A DNA stretch of 36,306 bases, taken from positions 1-36,306 of the forward strand of contig CAYVBC010000001.1 of assembly GCA_964449545.1 (NCBI GenBank), in the 5' to 3' direction. Source of the DNA: an uncultured Clostridia bacterium (GTDB taxonomy: Bacteria; Acidobacteriota; Aminicenantia; UBA2199). Each line of letters starts with the position of its first letter. The stretch's first letter is position 1. The notes under the pieces were generated by a model. It made no database searches. It saw only the letters and a program-made list of their open reading frames with translations, and had not been told where the DNA came from. Below are positions 9,580-16,884 of this stretch, piece after piece. Position numbers and translations under genes: made by a program.

Positions 9580-11708
9580 TCTGATTCCCGGCTTTGATCC
9601 GCGGGTTTTTTTTCGGGAGCGCTTTTCTGGATATAGGTGCAATCCGGATATCCTGAGCACCCGATAAAGTAGCGCCGGGTTTTGCGTGAAAACCGCTTTC
9701 GCAACGGTTTCTGGCACAAGGGGCATTTCCCCAGATCCTCATTGCTTGCTTCGATATATCTGCACTCGGGGTATCCCGTACATCCGACGAAGTGCATTCG
9801 GGTTTTGGGTGAATACCGGCGTACAAGGGGTTTATTGCACTCCGGGCACTTTCTGTCCAGGGGCTCATCCTTGTGAGTGGACGCGGTTGCGTCGATCTTT
9901 TCCGTATGTTTGCATTCGGGGTATTGGGCACAACCGATGAACCAGCCACGGGTTTTATGTGAATACTTTCGAACCAGTTCCGCTCCGCATTTAGGGCATT
10001 TTCTGCCCACATTTATCGCGACTTTTTCCGTATTGCGGACTTTTTCGAGATTTTCTTCCAGCCTGCGATAAAAACGGTCAATCCCCTGGGTCCAGTTCAA
10101 CGTGCCTTCAGACACCCGGTCCAGTTGCTTTTCCAGTTCTGCCGTGAACGTATACTGCATCATATCTGAGAAGTGATTGTCGAGATATTCCGCCACCTTC
10201 GTGCCCAGTTGGGTGGGGACAAAGCGACGGTCTTCACTCGAGATGTAATCCCGCTTTCCCAGGGTGTCAATAATCTTCGCGTAGGTGGAAGGGCGGCCGA
10301 TACCTTTTTCTTCCAGAGTTTTCACAAGGCTGGCTTCCGTATAGCGCGGTGGCGGCTTGGTGAAGTTCTGTTTTGAAATCACGTCCAGAGGCTTCAGCTC
10401 TTCTCCCTTCATAAGCTCCGGAAGCTGGGGTGTTCCGCTGTCGGTGTTCCAGCATTTCAGGTGCCCATCAAAGCGGATCACCTCTCCCTTGATGGAAAAG
10501 AGGTAATCCCCGTTGGCGATATCTAAATTGGTGACATCAATCCGGGCCGCTTTCATCTGAGAAGCCAGGAACCGATCCCATATCAGGCGATACACCTTGT
10601 ATTGATCGGGGCTCAAGTGTGATTTGACGCTTTCCGGGGTGTGGAGGGGTGTGGTGGGACGGATGGCTTCATGGGCATCCTGGATCTTCCCTTTGCGGCC
10701 GAAGGTGTTGGGTTTGTCCGGGACATACTCATTGCCGAAAGTGGAACGGATGAATTCAGCCGCGGATGTCCGTGCGGACTCCGCGATTCGAAAGGAATCG
10801 GTACGCATGTAGGTGATCAGGCCGGTCTGTTCTTCGCCTTCCAGAGAGATGCCTTCGTATAAAGACTGGGCCACCTTCATGGTTTTTCTTACCGGAAAAC
10901 GGTGTTTTTTAAACGCTTCCTGCTGCAGAGTGGAGGTAATCAGCGGCGGCAATGGCTTGGGGCGTCGGGTTCTCTTCCGGATCTCTTTCAGGATGTAGGG
11001 ATTCCCTTCCAATGCGCTCAGGATGGATTGCGCGGTGGACCCGTCCGGAATGGTGATTTTCTTACCTTTGTGTTTTTCAAGTTTCACGGTGAACTGCGGA
11101 GGAACGGAGCCTTCCATGTTTACGGAGATGGTCCAGTATTCTTCGGGGTTAAATGCCAGGATTTCACTTTCCCGTTCCACAATGATCTTGAGTGCTATGG
11201 ACTGAACACGCCCGGCGGAAAGGGGCCCGCCGATTTTACGTTGCAGTACCGGGCTGATTTTATATCCGGCCAATCGATCCAGCAGGCGGCGCATCTGCTG
11301 AGAGTTGACCTTGTTCTGGTCGATTTCCGTGGGGTGGGAAATGGCATCCAGAATGGCCTGCTTGGTGATCTCATTGAAGTAGATCCGGAATATTTTTTTG
11401 TTTGAGTCTTTGAGGATTTCGTGAAGGTGATAGGCAATCGCTTCCCCTTCACGGTCCGGGTCCGGGGCAAGCAGAATTCGATCTGCTTTACGTGAGAGTC
11501 CCTGAAGCTCACGAATGATCTGCTTCTTGTCTTTCAGCTCTTCATAGTGGGGTTTATATTCATTTTTCACATCTATGCTGAGAATATGGGGGTTCAGGTC
11601 TCGAACGTGTCCCATGGATGAGCTGACGATAAAGTCTTTACCCAGATACTTCGAAATTGTCGATGACTTGGCGGGTGATTCAACGATAATCAGTGTTTTT
11701 TTTGGCAT
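9576..11708 (-). CDS. topA: DNA topoisomerase I with three C-terminal C4 zinc-ribbon repeats
   Basis: 710 aa. It has a TOPRIM N terminus (LIIVESPAKSSTISKYLG), the active-site region GLITYMRTDS and three tandem repeats of the form CPxC...GCxxYPxC (about 9600-9990). Confidence 0.97.
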   Translation of the reverse strand: MPKKTLIIVESPAKSSTISKYLGKDFIVSSSMGHVRDLNPHILSIDVKNEYKPHYEELKDKKQIIRELQGLSRKADRILLAPDPDREGEAIAYHLHEILKDSNKKIFRIYFNEITKQAILDAISHPTEIDQNKVNSQQMRRLLDRLAGYKISPVLQRKIGGPLSAGRVQSIALKIIVERESEILAFNPEEYWTISVNMEGSVPPQFTVKLEKHKGKKITIPDGSTAQSILSALEGNPYILKEIRKRTRRPKPLPPLITSTLQQEAFKKHRFPVRKTMKVAQSLYEGISLEGEEQTGLITYMRTDSFRIAESARTSAAEFIRSTFGNEYVPDKPNTFGRKGKIQDAHEAIRPTTPLHTPESVKSHLSPDQYKVYRLIWDRFLASQMKAARIDVTNLDIANGDYLFSIKGEVIRFDGHLKCWNTDSGTPQLPELMKGEELKPLDVISKQNFTKPPPRYTEASLVKTLEEKGIGRPSTYAKIIDTLGKRDYISSEDRRFVPTQLGTKVAEYLDNHFSDMMQYTFTAELEKQLDRVSEGTLNWTQGIDRFYRRLEENLEKVRNTEKVAINVGRKCPKCGAELVRKYSHKTRGWFIGCAQYPECKHTEKIDATASTHKDEPLDRKCPECNKPLVRRYSPKTRMHFVGCTGYPECRYIEASNEDLGKCPLCQKPLRKRFSRKTRRYFIGCSGYPDCTYIQKSAPEKKPADQSRESE

Positions 11709-12811
11709 ATCAATATACGGAATCCGTCTCCTTCCTCGCGGATGAGTCCCTTCATGGATAGCTCACGTAGAAGGGAAACCACAGCAGGAACCGGCAGGTT
11801 CAGCGTTTCCACGAAATCGTCTATACGTTTTACCGCATTTTCCTTGAGTAAGTCAAGTATGGCCCGTTCATGGGATGAAAGTCCTGCCAGCGTTGCCGAA
11901 TCTTCTCCGGGTGAGGTGAGTCCGTATTCCTCCAGGATGTCTTTGGTTCTCTGAACCAGTTTAGCTCCCTGCTGAATCAGGTGATGCGGCCCCTCGCTGA
12001 GAGGGGATTCAATGGGACCGGGTACTGCCATCAGGTCACGGTTCTGGTCCAGTGCCAGCCGGGCGGTGATCAGGGACCCGCTGCGCATGGCTCCCTGTAC
12101 GACCAGAACGGAACGGCTTAGTCCGGCGATCACACGGTTTCGGATGGGAAACAGGAAGGGAAGGGGGGGGGTACCCAAGGGCGGTTCACATACAATACAG
12201 CCATTCCGGATAATTCGGCTGAACAGGGCTTGGTTTCCCGTCGGATACAGATGGTCAATGCCGGATGCGTTGACGCCAATGGTAACGCCCCCTGAATTCA
12301 GCGCGGCCAGATGCGCCATGCTGTCAATTCCGTATGCCATTCCCGAGACAATGCTCAGTCCGGCCGCCACAGCGCCAGGGAGCAGTCGCAATATCATTTC
12401 CCGCCCATACCGGTCTCCCCGGCGTGAGCCCACTACGGCCAGATGGTTCCCCTGCAGTGCCCGGATATCCCCTCGAACATACAGGAATTCCGGGGGATGA
12501 AAAATCTCCCTGAGCAGCGGTGGATAATTTGGCGAATCCCTGAATACGATTGTGGCACCCAGTTGCCGGCAGGAGCGGATCTCTTTTTCCGTTAGATCCG
12601 CATAGTGTTTCTTAAATTTTCGGGTTTCAGGTTCGGGGAATCCCAGGTTGCGGATTTCCGCATGAGACAGGCCGAACAGGCTGGATGGGATCAGACCCTG
12701 TCTGAAAAGTCGTCTTCGGGGTTGAATATACCGCCACGTGAAAATGTGGGCGGCGACCGCACGAATCTGGTCTTCAGTCAGAGGAGGCTGCACCGTTGGC
12801 GGGCAATACAA
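11690..12811 (-). CDS. dprA: DNA-processing/protecting protein DprA (Smf)
   Basis: 373 aa. AVVGSRRGDRYG...SGMAYGIDSMAHLAAL...LFPIRNRVIAGLS are typical DprA Rossmann motifs, and there is a C-terminal winged-helix-like tail. The start is uncertain: ATG 12811 overlaps the USP gene by 38 nt, and GTG 12793 is an alternative. Confidence 0.88.
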   Translation of the reverse strand: MYCPPTVQPPLTEDQIRAVAAHIFTWRYIQPRRRLFRQGLIPSSLFGLSHAEIRNLGFPEPETRKFKKHYADLTEKEIRSCRQLGATIVFRDSPNYPPLLREIFHPPEFLYVRGDIRALQGNHLAVVGSRRGDRYGREMILRLLPGAVAAGLSIVSGMAYGIDSMAHLAALNSGGVTIGVNASGIDHLYPTGNQALFSRIIRNGCIVCEPPLGTPPLPFLFPIRNRVIAGLSRSVLVVQGAMRSGSLITARLALDQNRDLMAVPGPIESPLSEGPHHLIQQGAKLVQRTKDILEEYGLTSPGEDSATLAGLSSHERAILDLLKENAVKRIDDFVETLNLPVPAVVSLLRELSMKGLIREEGDGFRILICQKKH

Positions 12812-13664
12812 TGAGAGGGATGTCCGTAGCCAGCAGTACTTTCTGGGTAACGCTGCCTAAAAGAAATTTTTCCAGCCCCTTGCGCTGATTGGTTGCCATG
12901 ACCGCGACATCGATTTTCTGGTCCTGGATGATCTGCAGAATCTTATGAGCCGGTTCGCCGGTCTCATGAATGATATTTTCAATTCGGTAATCCAGCTTCT
13001 CGGCGACTTTGCTGATCTGTTGATTGATGCGTGCGATCAGTCGGTCACGTTTCAACATCGGGACTTTATAATTGTAAAACTCGGCCACATGGGCGACCAC
13101 AAGTTCAGCTTCCAACTGGCGCGCGAGGGATATGGAAAAACGCAATTCCAGCATGGAACTCTCGTTGAGATCGACCGGTGCCAGGATACGGTTGATTCGG
13201 GCTTTTCGCCTCTCCCGGGGAACAACAAAAACAGGCGTATGGGTATTGCGAATCAATCTCATGGTGGTGGAGCCCACAAGGATCTGCTCAATTTCAGTCA
13301 GCCCCCTGCGCCCGGAAAAGATCATATCCACGGATTGATCCGAGGCATAGTTGAGAATCTCTTCACTGGGGACTCCCTCCCGGGTGGCGATGGAGAATTT
13401 TATTTTTTTATTGGCACCAATCTCCTCAAGCTTGCTTGTTGATTTTTTGCGCGTGGATTCAATTTCCTGGTGCAGATCCTCCAGGGAAAAAAAGGCTGCG
13501 TCATACACCCAATCGGAGAAACGTGGAAGAACATATAACGCGTGGGGTTCCACCTTCATTTTTTGATGAAAAATTTCAATATAGGGAAGACAGGCCATAC
13601 TTTCCCGCGAAAAGTCGGTTGCCCAGAGGATTTTATGAATGACGGATATTTCCGATTTGTTCAT
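12774..13664 (-). CDS. Universal stress protein with two tandem UspA domains
   Basis: 296 aa with two repeats of the USP pattern (ILWATDFS...VDMIFSGRRGLT...GSTTMRLIRNTHTPVFVV and ILAPVDL...DVAVMATNQRKGLEKFLLGSVTQKVLLATDIPLIVL). Confidence 0.85.
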   Translation of the reverse strand: MNKSEISVIHKILWATDFSRESMACLPYIEIFHQKMKVEPHALYVLPRFSDWVYDAAFFSLEDLHQEIESTRKKSTSKLEEIGANKKIKFSIATREGVPSEEILNYASDQSVDMIFSGRRGLTEIEQILVGSTTMRLIRNTHTPVFVVPRERRKARINRILAPVDLNESSMLELRFSISLARQLEAELVVAHVAEFYNYKVPMLKRDRLIARINQQISKVAEKLDYRIENIIHETGEPAHKILQIIQDQKIDVAVMATNQRKGLEKFLLGSVTQKVLLATDIPLIVLPANGAASSD

Positions 13665-13943
13665 TTATTTGTCCGTTATGGATTGTTTGAGGTTCTTGGA
13701 GGGGATGAACTTGACGATTTTTTTTGAAGGGATGATCATGGGATTCTGTGTGTTTGGATTGATCACCCGTTTGTCTTCACGTTGAATGATTTTGAAAGTA
13801 CCGAAATTTGAAATCAGTACTTTCCGTCCTTTCTGCAATTGTTCCACCGTGACTTGAATAAGAAAGTCAATAAATTGATACGATTCGAATTTCTTGATCT
13901 GCAATTTGCGGGCCATGAGTTCTGAAATTTCTCGCTTATTCAT
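13665..13943 (-). CDS. HU/IHF-family nucleoid-associated DNA-binding protein
   Basis: 92 aa counted from ATG 13943 (MNKREISELMA...FGTFKIIQREDKRVINPNTQNPMIIPSKKIVKFIPSKNLK), which includes the HU beta-arm motif. AGGAG lies 6 nt upstream. The track's start at 13988 adds 15 unlikely residues. Confidence 0.85.
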   Translation of the reverse strand: MNKREISELMARKLQIKKFESYQFIDFLIQVTVEQLQKGRKVLISNFGTFKIIQREDKRVINPNTQNPMIIPSKKIVKFIPSKNLKQSITDK

Positions 13944-14040
13944 GCACGCTCCTGGCCATCCATTAACACAGGAAAAAAATATTGTCAAGAATAACCGTCA
14001 TTCCTACGACTTTTTTCATTTTTCCCCGGAAGCGGAAACG

Positions 14041-14069
14041 TTGACATCCAGTGTGGGAAGTCATATATT
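14041..14069 (+). promoter_or_regulatory. Sigma70-like promoter for the DUF1232 gene (TTGACA-17 nt-TATATT)
   Basis: TTGACA is at 14041-14046, followed by a 17-nt spacer and TATATT at 14064-14069, about 54 nt upstream of ATG 14123. A weaker divergent candidate for the HU gene reads TTGACA (13988-13983) -17- TAATGG on the minus strand. Confidence 0.45.
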
Positions 14070-14122
14070 AAATTTGGCTGAATCAGAATGCCGACCCGAT
14101 TTACAGGGGAGCGAGAACCGAG

Positions 14123-14611
14123 ATGATAAAATCCGTTGATATTCGAGAAAAAACACTGGAAGATGGGTATCGAAAGGTGCGGAAGCGTGTTGAGGCGTGG
14201 GTCTCTTCGAAACGTCTTCTGCGTCGGTCCGGGTTCTGGACGGACCATTTCCTTCAATACCTGCTGGTCTTGCCGGACCTGGCACACCTCACGGTTCGCC
14301 TGCTGCTGGATAGCCGTGTGGATCCCGCGATTAAAGGAAGGTTGCTCATGGGAATGTCCTACCTGATACTTCCGCTGGATTTCATTCCCGATTTTATTCC
14401 CTGTGTGGGCCTGATTGACGATCTGCTTGTACTGTCGGTGATCCTGAATAGAACCATCAATCAGGGTTCACCGGAATTGAAAGCAATGATTCAGGAGCAT
14501 TGGGCGGGTTCGAAAGATGTTTTTGATCAAGTCCGCAGGATCATTGCCGTCATGAATGAAGTTGCCGCACAGATTCCTCGTTCTCTGCTTGCGTATATTC
14601 GTGGGAAATAG
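14123..14611 (+). CDS. DUF1232 (YkvA-like) membrane protein
   Basis: 162 aa. The motif YLILPLDFIPDFIPCVGLIDDLLVLSVIL is the hallmark of DUF1232. Confidence 0.8.
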   Translation: MIKSVDIREKTLEDGYRKVRKRVEAWVSSKRLLRRSGFWTDHFLQYLLVLPDLAHLTVRLLLDSRVDPAIKGRLLMGMSYLILPLDFIPDFIPCVGLIDDLLVLSVILNRTINQGSPELKAMIQEHWAGSKDVFDQVRRIIAVMNEVAAQIPRSLLAYIRGK

Positions 14612-14614
14612 ATC

Positions 14615-15037
14615 CTACTCTTCTGGAATCGACTTATCGAAGTTGCGGTTAATGATGTCTGCCAGAGAGATGGACGCGAACCTCTTTTCAATGAGATCCA
14701 CCAGATAGTCCCATAAGGGGCGCGCTTTGCAGAAGTCGAACAGGGGGCAGATATCTCCATTCAGGCAGTGTGACAAGCGGATTTTTTCATCAAAGGCGTT
14801 GAAAAGCATCAGGATGGTGGTTTCTTCAGGAGGGTGTTCCAGTCGATATCCACCATAAATGCCCTGAACGCTGCTGATCAGCTGCGCTTTTTCCAGAGGG
14901 CCCGCGAGCTTGCGGAGGTACTTGGGAGAGACCTTCATGGTTTCACCAAGGTCCGCTGTACTGCGAACTTTTTCATTGCTTTCAGCAAGCTCCAGGAGCA
15001 TTCGTAATCCATATCTCAACTTGGTATTGATCTTCAT
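14615..15037 (-). CDS. Rrf2-family transcriptional regulator with a Cx5Cx5C (IscR/NsrR-type Fe-S ligand) pattern
   Basis: 140 aa counted from ATG 15037. MKINTKLRYGLRMLLELA is a typical Rrf2 wHTH N terminus. CLNGDICPLFDFC gives the Cx5Cx5C pattern. The track's 42-codon extension crosses a terminator and the promoter. Confidence 0.88.
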   Translation of the reverse strand: MKINTKLRYGLRMLLELAESNEKVRSTADLGETMKVSPKYLRKLAGPLEKAQLISSVQGIYGGYRLEHPPEETTILMLFNAFDEKIRLSHCLNGDICPLFDFCKARPLWDYLVDLIEKRFASISLADIINRNFDKSIPEE

Positions 15038-15043
15038 GTGGAT

Positions 15044-15072
15044 ACTATAATCAGGATCTATTTGGTTGTCAA
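15044..15072 (-). promoter_or_regulatory. Sigma70-like promoter of the Rrf2 gene (TTGACA-17-TATAGT) ending 6 nt before the ATG; predicts a leaderless mRNA
   Basis: The minus strand reads TTGACA (15072-15067), a 17-nt spacer, TATAGT (15049-15044), ATCCAC, then ATG (15037). There is no Shine-Dalgarno sequence. Confidence 0.55.
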
Positions 15073-15088
15073 TGCGTGTGGGTAGATG

Positions 15089-15120
15089 CAAAAAAAAACC
15101 CCGCGGATTGCTCCGCGGGG
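15089..15120 (-). terminator. Rho-independent terminator after the TPR lipoprotein gene
   Basis: The minus strand reads CCCCGCGGA-GCAA-TCCGCGGGG followed by a run of 9 T. The stem is at 15099-15107 and 15112-15120, and the A-run on the plus strand is at 15090-15098. It lies 24 nt downstream of the stop at 15144. Confidence 0.8.
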
Positions 15121-15143
15121 TTTGTATTGGATTATGGTTTTGT

Positions 15144-16397
15144 CTATCCGCCCAACTCTTCAAGCCGTTTCATTTTCTCTTCCAGAGCCAGTTTACGTTT
15201 TCTCAGGCGAGTGAACTTTTCAGCGTCTTCCTTGGCATTGGCGAGGAATTCGTCCTTCTTAAGGCTTTCCACCTTGATCATTTCGCGCCAGAGAAGGTTG
15301 CGGTACGCCCAGGGTTCCGGATAGGAAGGGTTCAGTTCGACGGCACGATCCAGGGCTTTGAAGCCGCGATCCACAACATTGCGTCTTTCCTGAGCGCTCA
15401 TCATGTCCGTCTGGGTCTGGAAACTTTTAAACCAGGCCGCGACGCCAAGGGAGTAATAGGCTTCGGAAAGCTTGATCTTTTTTTCCTCATCCATCTGATC
15501 CTGGATATCCTTCAAGCCTTCGACCTGGGCCGCTACGGCCTCACGTTTCTGGGCCAGCTGGGCTTCCAGCTCAGCCTTGTTTCCGATTTCCTGGATCTGA
15601 AGTTCTTTTTCCTGGATCATCTGAGTGCGTGAGTCCGCGGAAATTTTGCGGTTCTTCCGAACATGTTTGTCCAGATACTCTTCAATCTTGACGATCTGGT
15701 CCACCTTGGCGGCAAGCTGCTGGATCTCGCGCCGCTGTTCCTGAATTTCCGGTGCACTCATTACGATAATCCGTGTTTCAAATGCGTCCATGGCTTCATA
15801 CCATTTCCGCTTTGTTTGCAGGTACTGAGCGTAGTACAGATAACCTTCCGGGTCTTTCGGATCAAGGTTGATGCGTTTCTGATACATGGCATCAGCCTTA
15901 TCGTCCTGGTTGTACTTGGAATAGAAGTCCGCAAGAATGTAATATGACTTGTCGTTTTCCGGGTTGTTCTCTTGAATCTTGAGGAAATATTTTTCAGCTT
16001 CCTCCGCATTCTCCATCTTGTCGAAAATATCTCCCAATGCAAGAGAGATTTTTTCGTTTTCAGGATCCTGTTCTTCCGCCTTTTTCAAATATTCAATGGC
16101 TTTCATGCCATAGATCTTATTGCGTTCCGTATCACGCCCGGGGCGGTACAGAGCCGCATAAGCGGTTCCCACATGAAAAAGGATGGTATTCAGCTTCGGG
16201 TTCAACTCCAGGGCGGCTTCGTATTCCTTGACAGCCTTGGCGAACTTTTCATCCTGATAGTATCCGTTGGCTTTATTAAGGTGGTTGCTGGCCTTCAGGT
16301 TGTCAATTTTCAGCTTCTCGCAGCCTGTGAATGTAAAAGTGAACACCAGTAATGCAGAGAACATGCCGATTAGCAGAAGTGTCGACGTTTTTCTCAT
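15144..16397 (-). CDS. TPR-repeat protein, probable lipoprotein, with a central coiled-coil-like insertion
   Basis: 417 aa counted from ATG 16397. MRKTSTLLLIGMFSALLVFTFTFTGC looks like a signal peptide with a lipobox-like Cys. TPR-like repeats are present (AKAVKEYEAALELNPK..., YYILADFYSKYNQDDKADAMYQKRINLDPKDPEGY). GGAGGAG lies upstream of the ATG. Confidence 0.8.
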   Translation of the reverse strand: MRKTSTLLLIGMFSALLVFTFTFTGCEKLKIDNLKASNHLNKANGYYQDEKFAKAVKEYEAALELNPKLNTILFHVGTAYAALYRPGRDTERNKIYGMKAIEYLKKAEEQDPENEKISLALGDIFDKMENAEEAEKYFLKIQENNPENDKSYYILADFYSKYNQDDKADAMYQKRINLDPKDPEGYLYYAQYLQTKRKWYEAMDAFETRIIVMSAPEIQEQRREIQQLAAKVDQIVKIEEYLDKHVRKNRKISADSRTQMIQEKELQIQEIGNKAELEAQLAQKREAVAAQVEGLKDIQDQMDEEKKIKLSEAYYSLGVAAWFKSFQTQTDMMSAQERRNVVDRGFKALDRAVELNPSYPEPWAYRNLLWREMIKVESLKKDEFLANAKEDAEKFTRLRKRKLALEEKMKRLEELGG

Positions 16398-16418
16398 AAG
16401 AGCCTCCTCCAAGTCATC

Positions 16419-16447
16419 TTTATAATTAAATAGACTGTAAAAGTCAA
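16419..16447 (-). promoter_or_regulatory. Sigma70-like promoter for the TPR lipoprotein gene (TTGACT-17-TATAAA)
   Basis: The minus strand reads TTGACT (16447-16442), a 17-nt spacer, then TATAAA (16424-16419). A short leader containing GGAGGAG follows. Confidence 0.5.
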
Positions 16448-16478
16448 GTAAAATGTGTATGCCAGGCAGGAATTCGCA

Positions 16479-16823
16479 TCATCCCACCCGGTAGAACCAC
16501 ATCAGAAAAAGCCAGAGATCCTGGATGTATGGAATTCGCTTGTTGTTTATATAGATTTGTGTCGTCTCTGCGCTTTTTACAAGCTCAAAAAGGGTATATA
16601 GTTCATTGACCTGGTCCGGTGTGAAGCTGGCATAGACTTTGTAAAAATCGCCATCTCCCTCTTCCATGAAATGGGGGTTGCTTCGAGCCATCTCCAGAGC
16701 CTTTTCAAAATTCAAAGACATCTGTTTCTGAAAGCGGATGGTGATTTTAAAGATTCGGTTGGATTGCTTTGGATTCAGAATATTATCCAGCTTTTCCCTG
16801 CGGATGATTTCTTGAGCATTCAT
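16479..16823 (-). CDS. Hypothetical protein (about 114 aa) with no recognisable family
   Basis: The ORF is open from 17087, but that part overlaps the helicase gene. Plausible starts are ATG 16823 (MNAQEIIRREKL...) and ATG 16835. It is visibly more AT-rich than its neighbours. I recognise no motif. Confidence 0.4.
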   Translation of the reverse strand: MNAQEIIRREKLDNILNPKQSNRIFKITIRFQKQMSLNFEKALEMARSNPHFMEEGDGDFYKVYASFTPDQVNELYTLFELVKSAETTQIYINNKRIPYIQDLWLFLMWFYRVG

Positions 16824-16884
16824 GAGAGTGAACATTATAGTACAATTTGCTCGGAAAAAAAAGGGGTGTGCCCATGGATCCGCT

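Noticed and set aside
9600-9990. Three tandem ~40-codon repeats at the 3' end of topA.
   Set aside because: These are the well-known C4 zinc-ribbon repeats of bacterial topoisomerase I (CPxC...GCxxYPxC). They are not a novel repeat element.
12163-12171. A homopolymer of 9 G (C9 on the coding strand) inside dprA, and an 8-G run at 4871-4878 inside the S41-like gene, as possible phase-variation tracts.
   Set aside because: Both are in frame and simply encode Pro-Pro (CCC CCC) within conserved regions. Nothing indicates on/off switching. They are worth remembering only as possible sequencing or assembly error hotspots.
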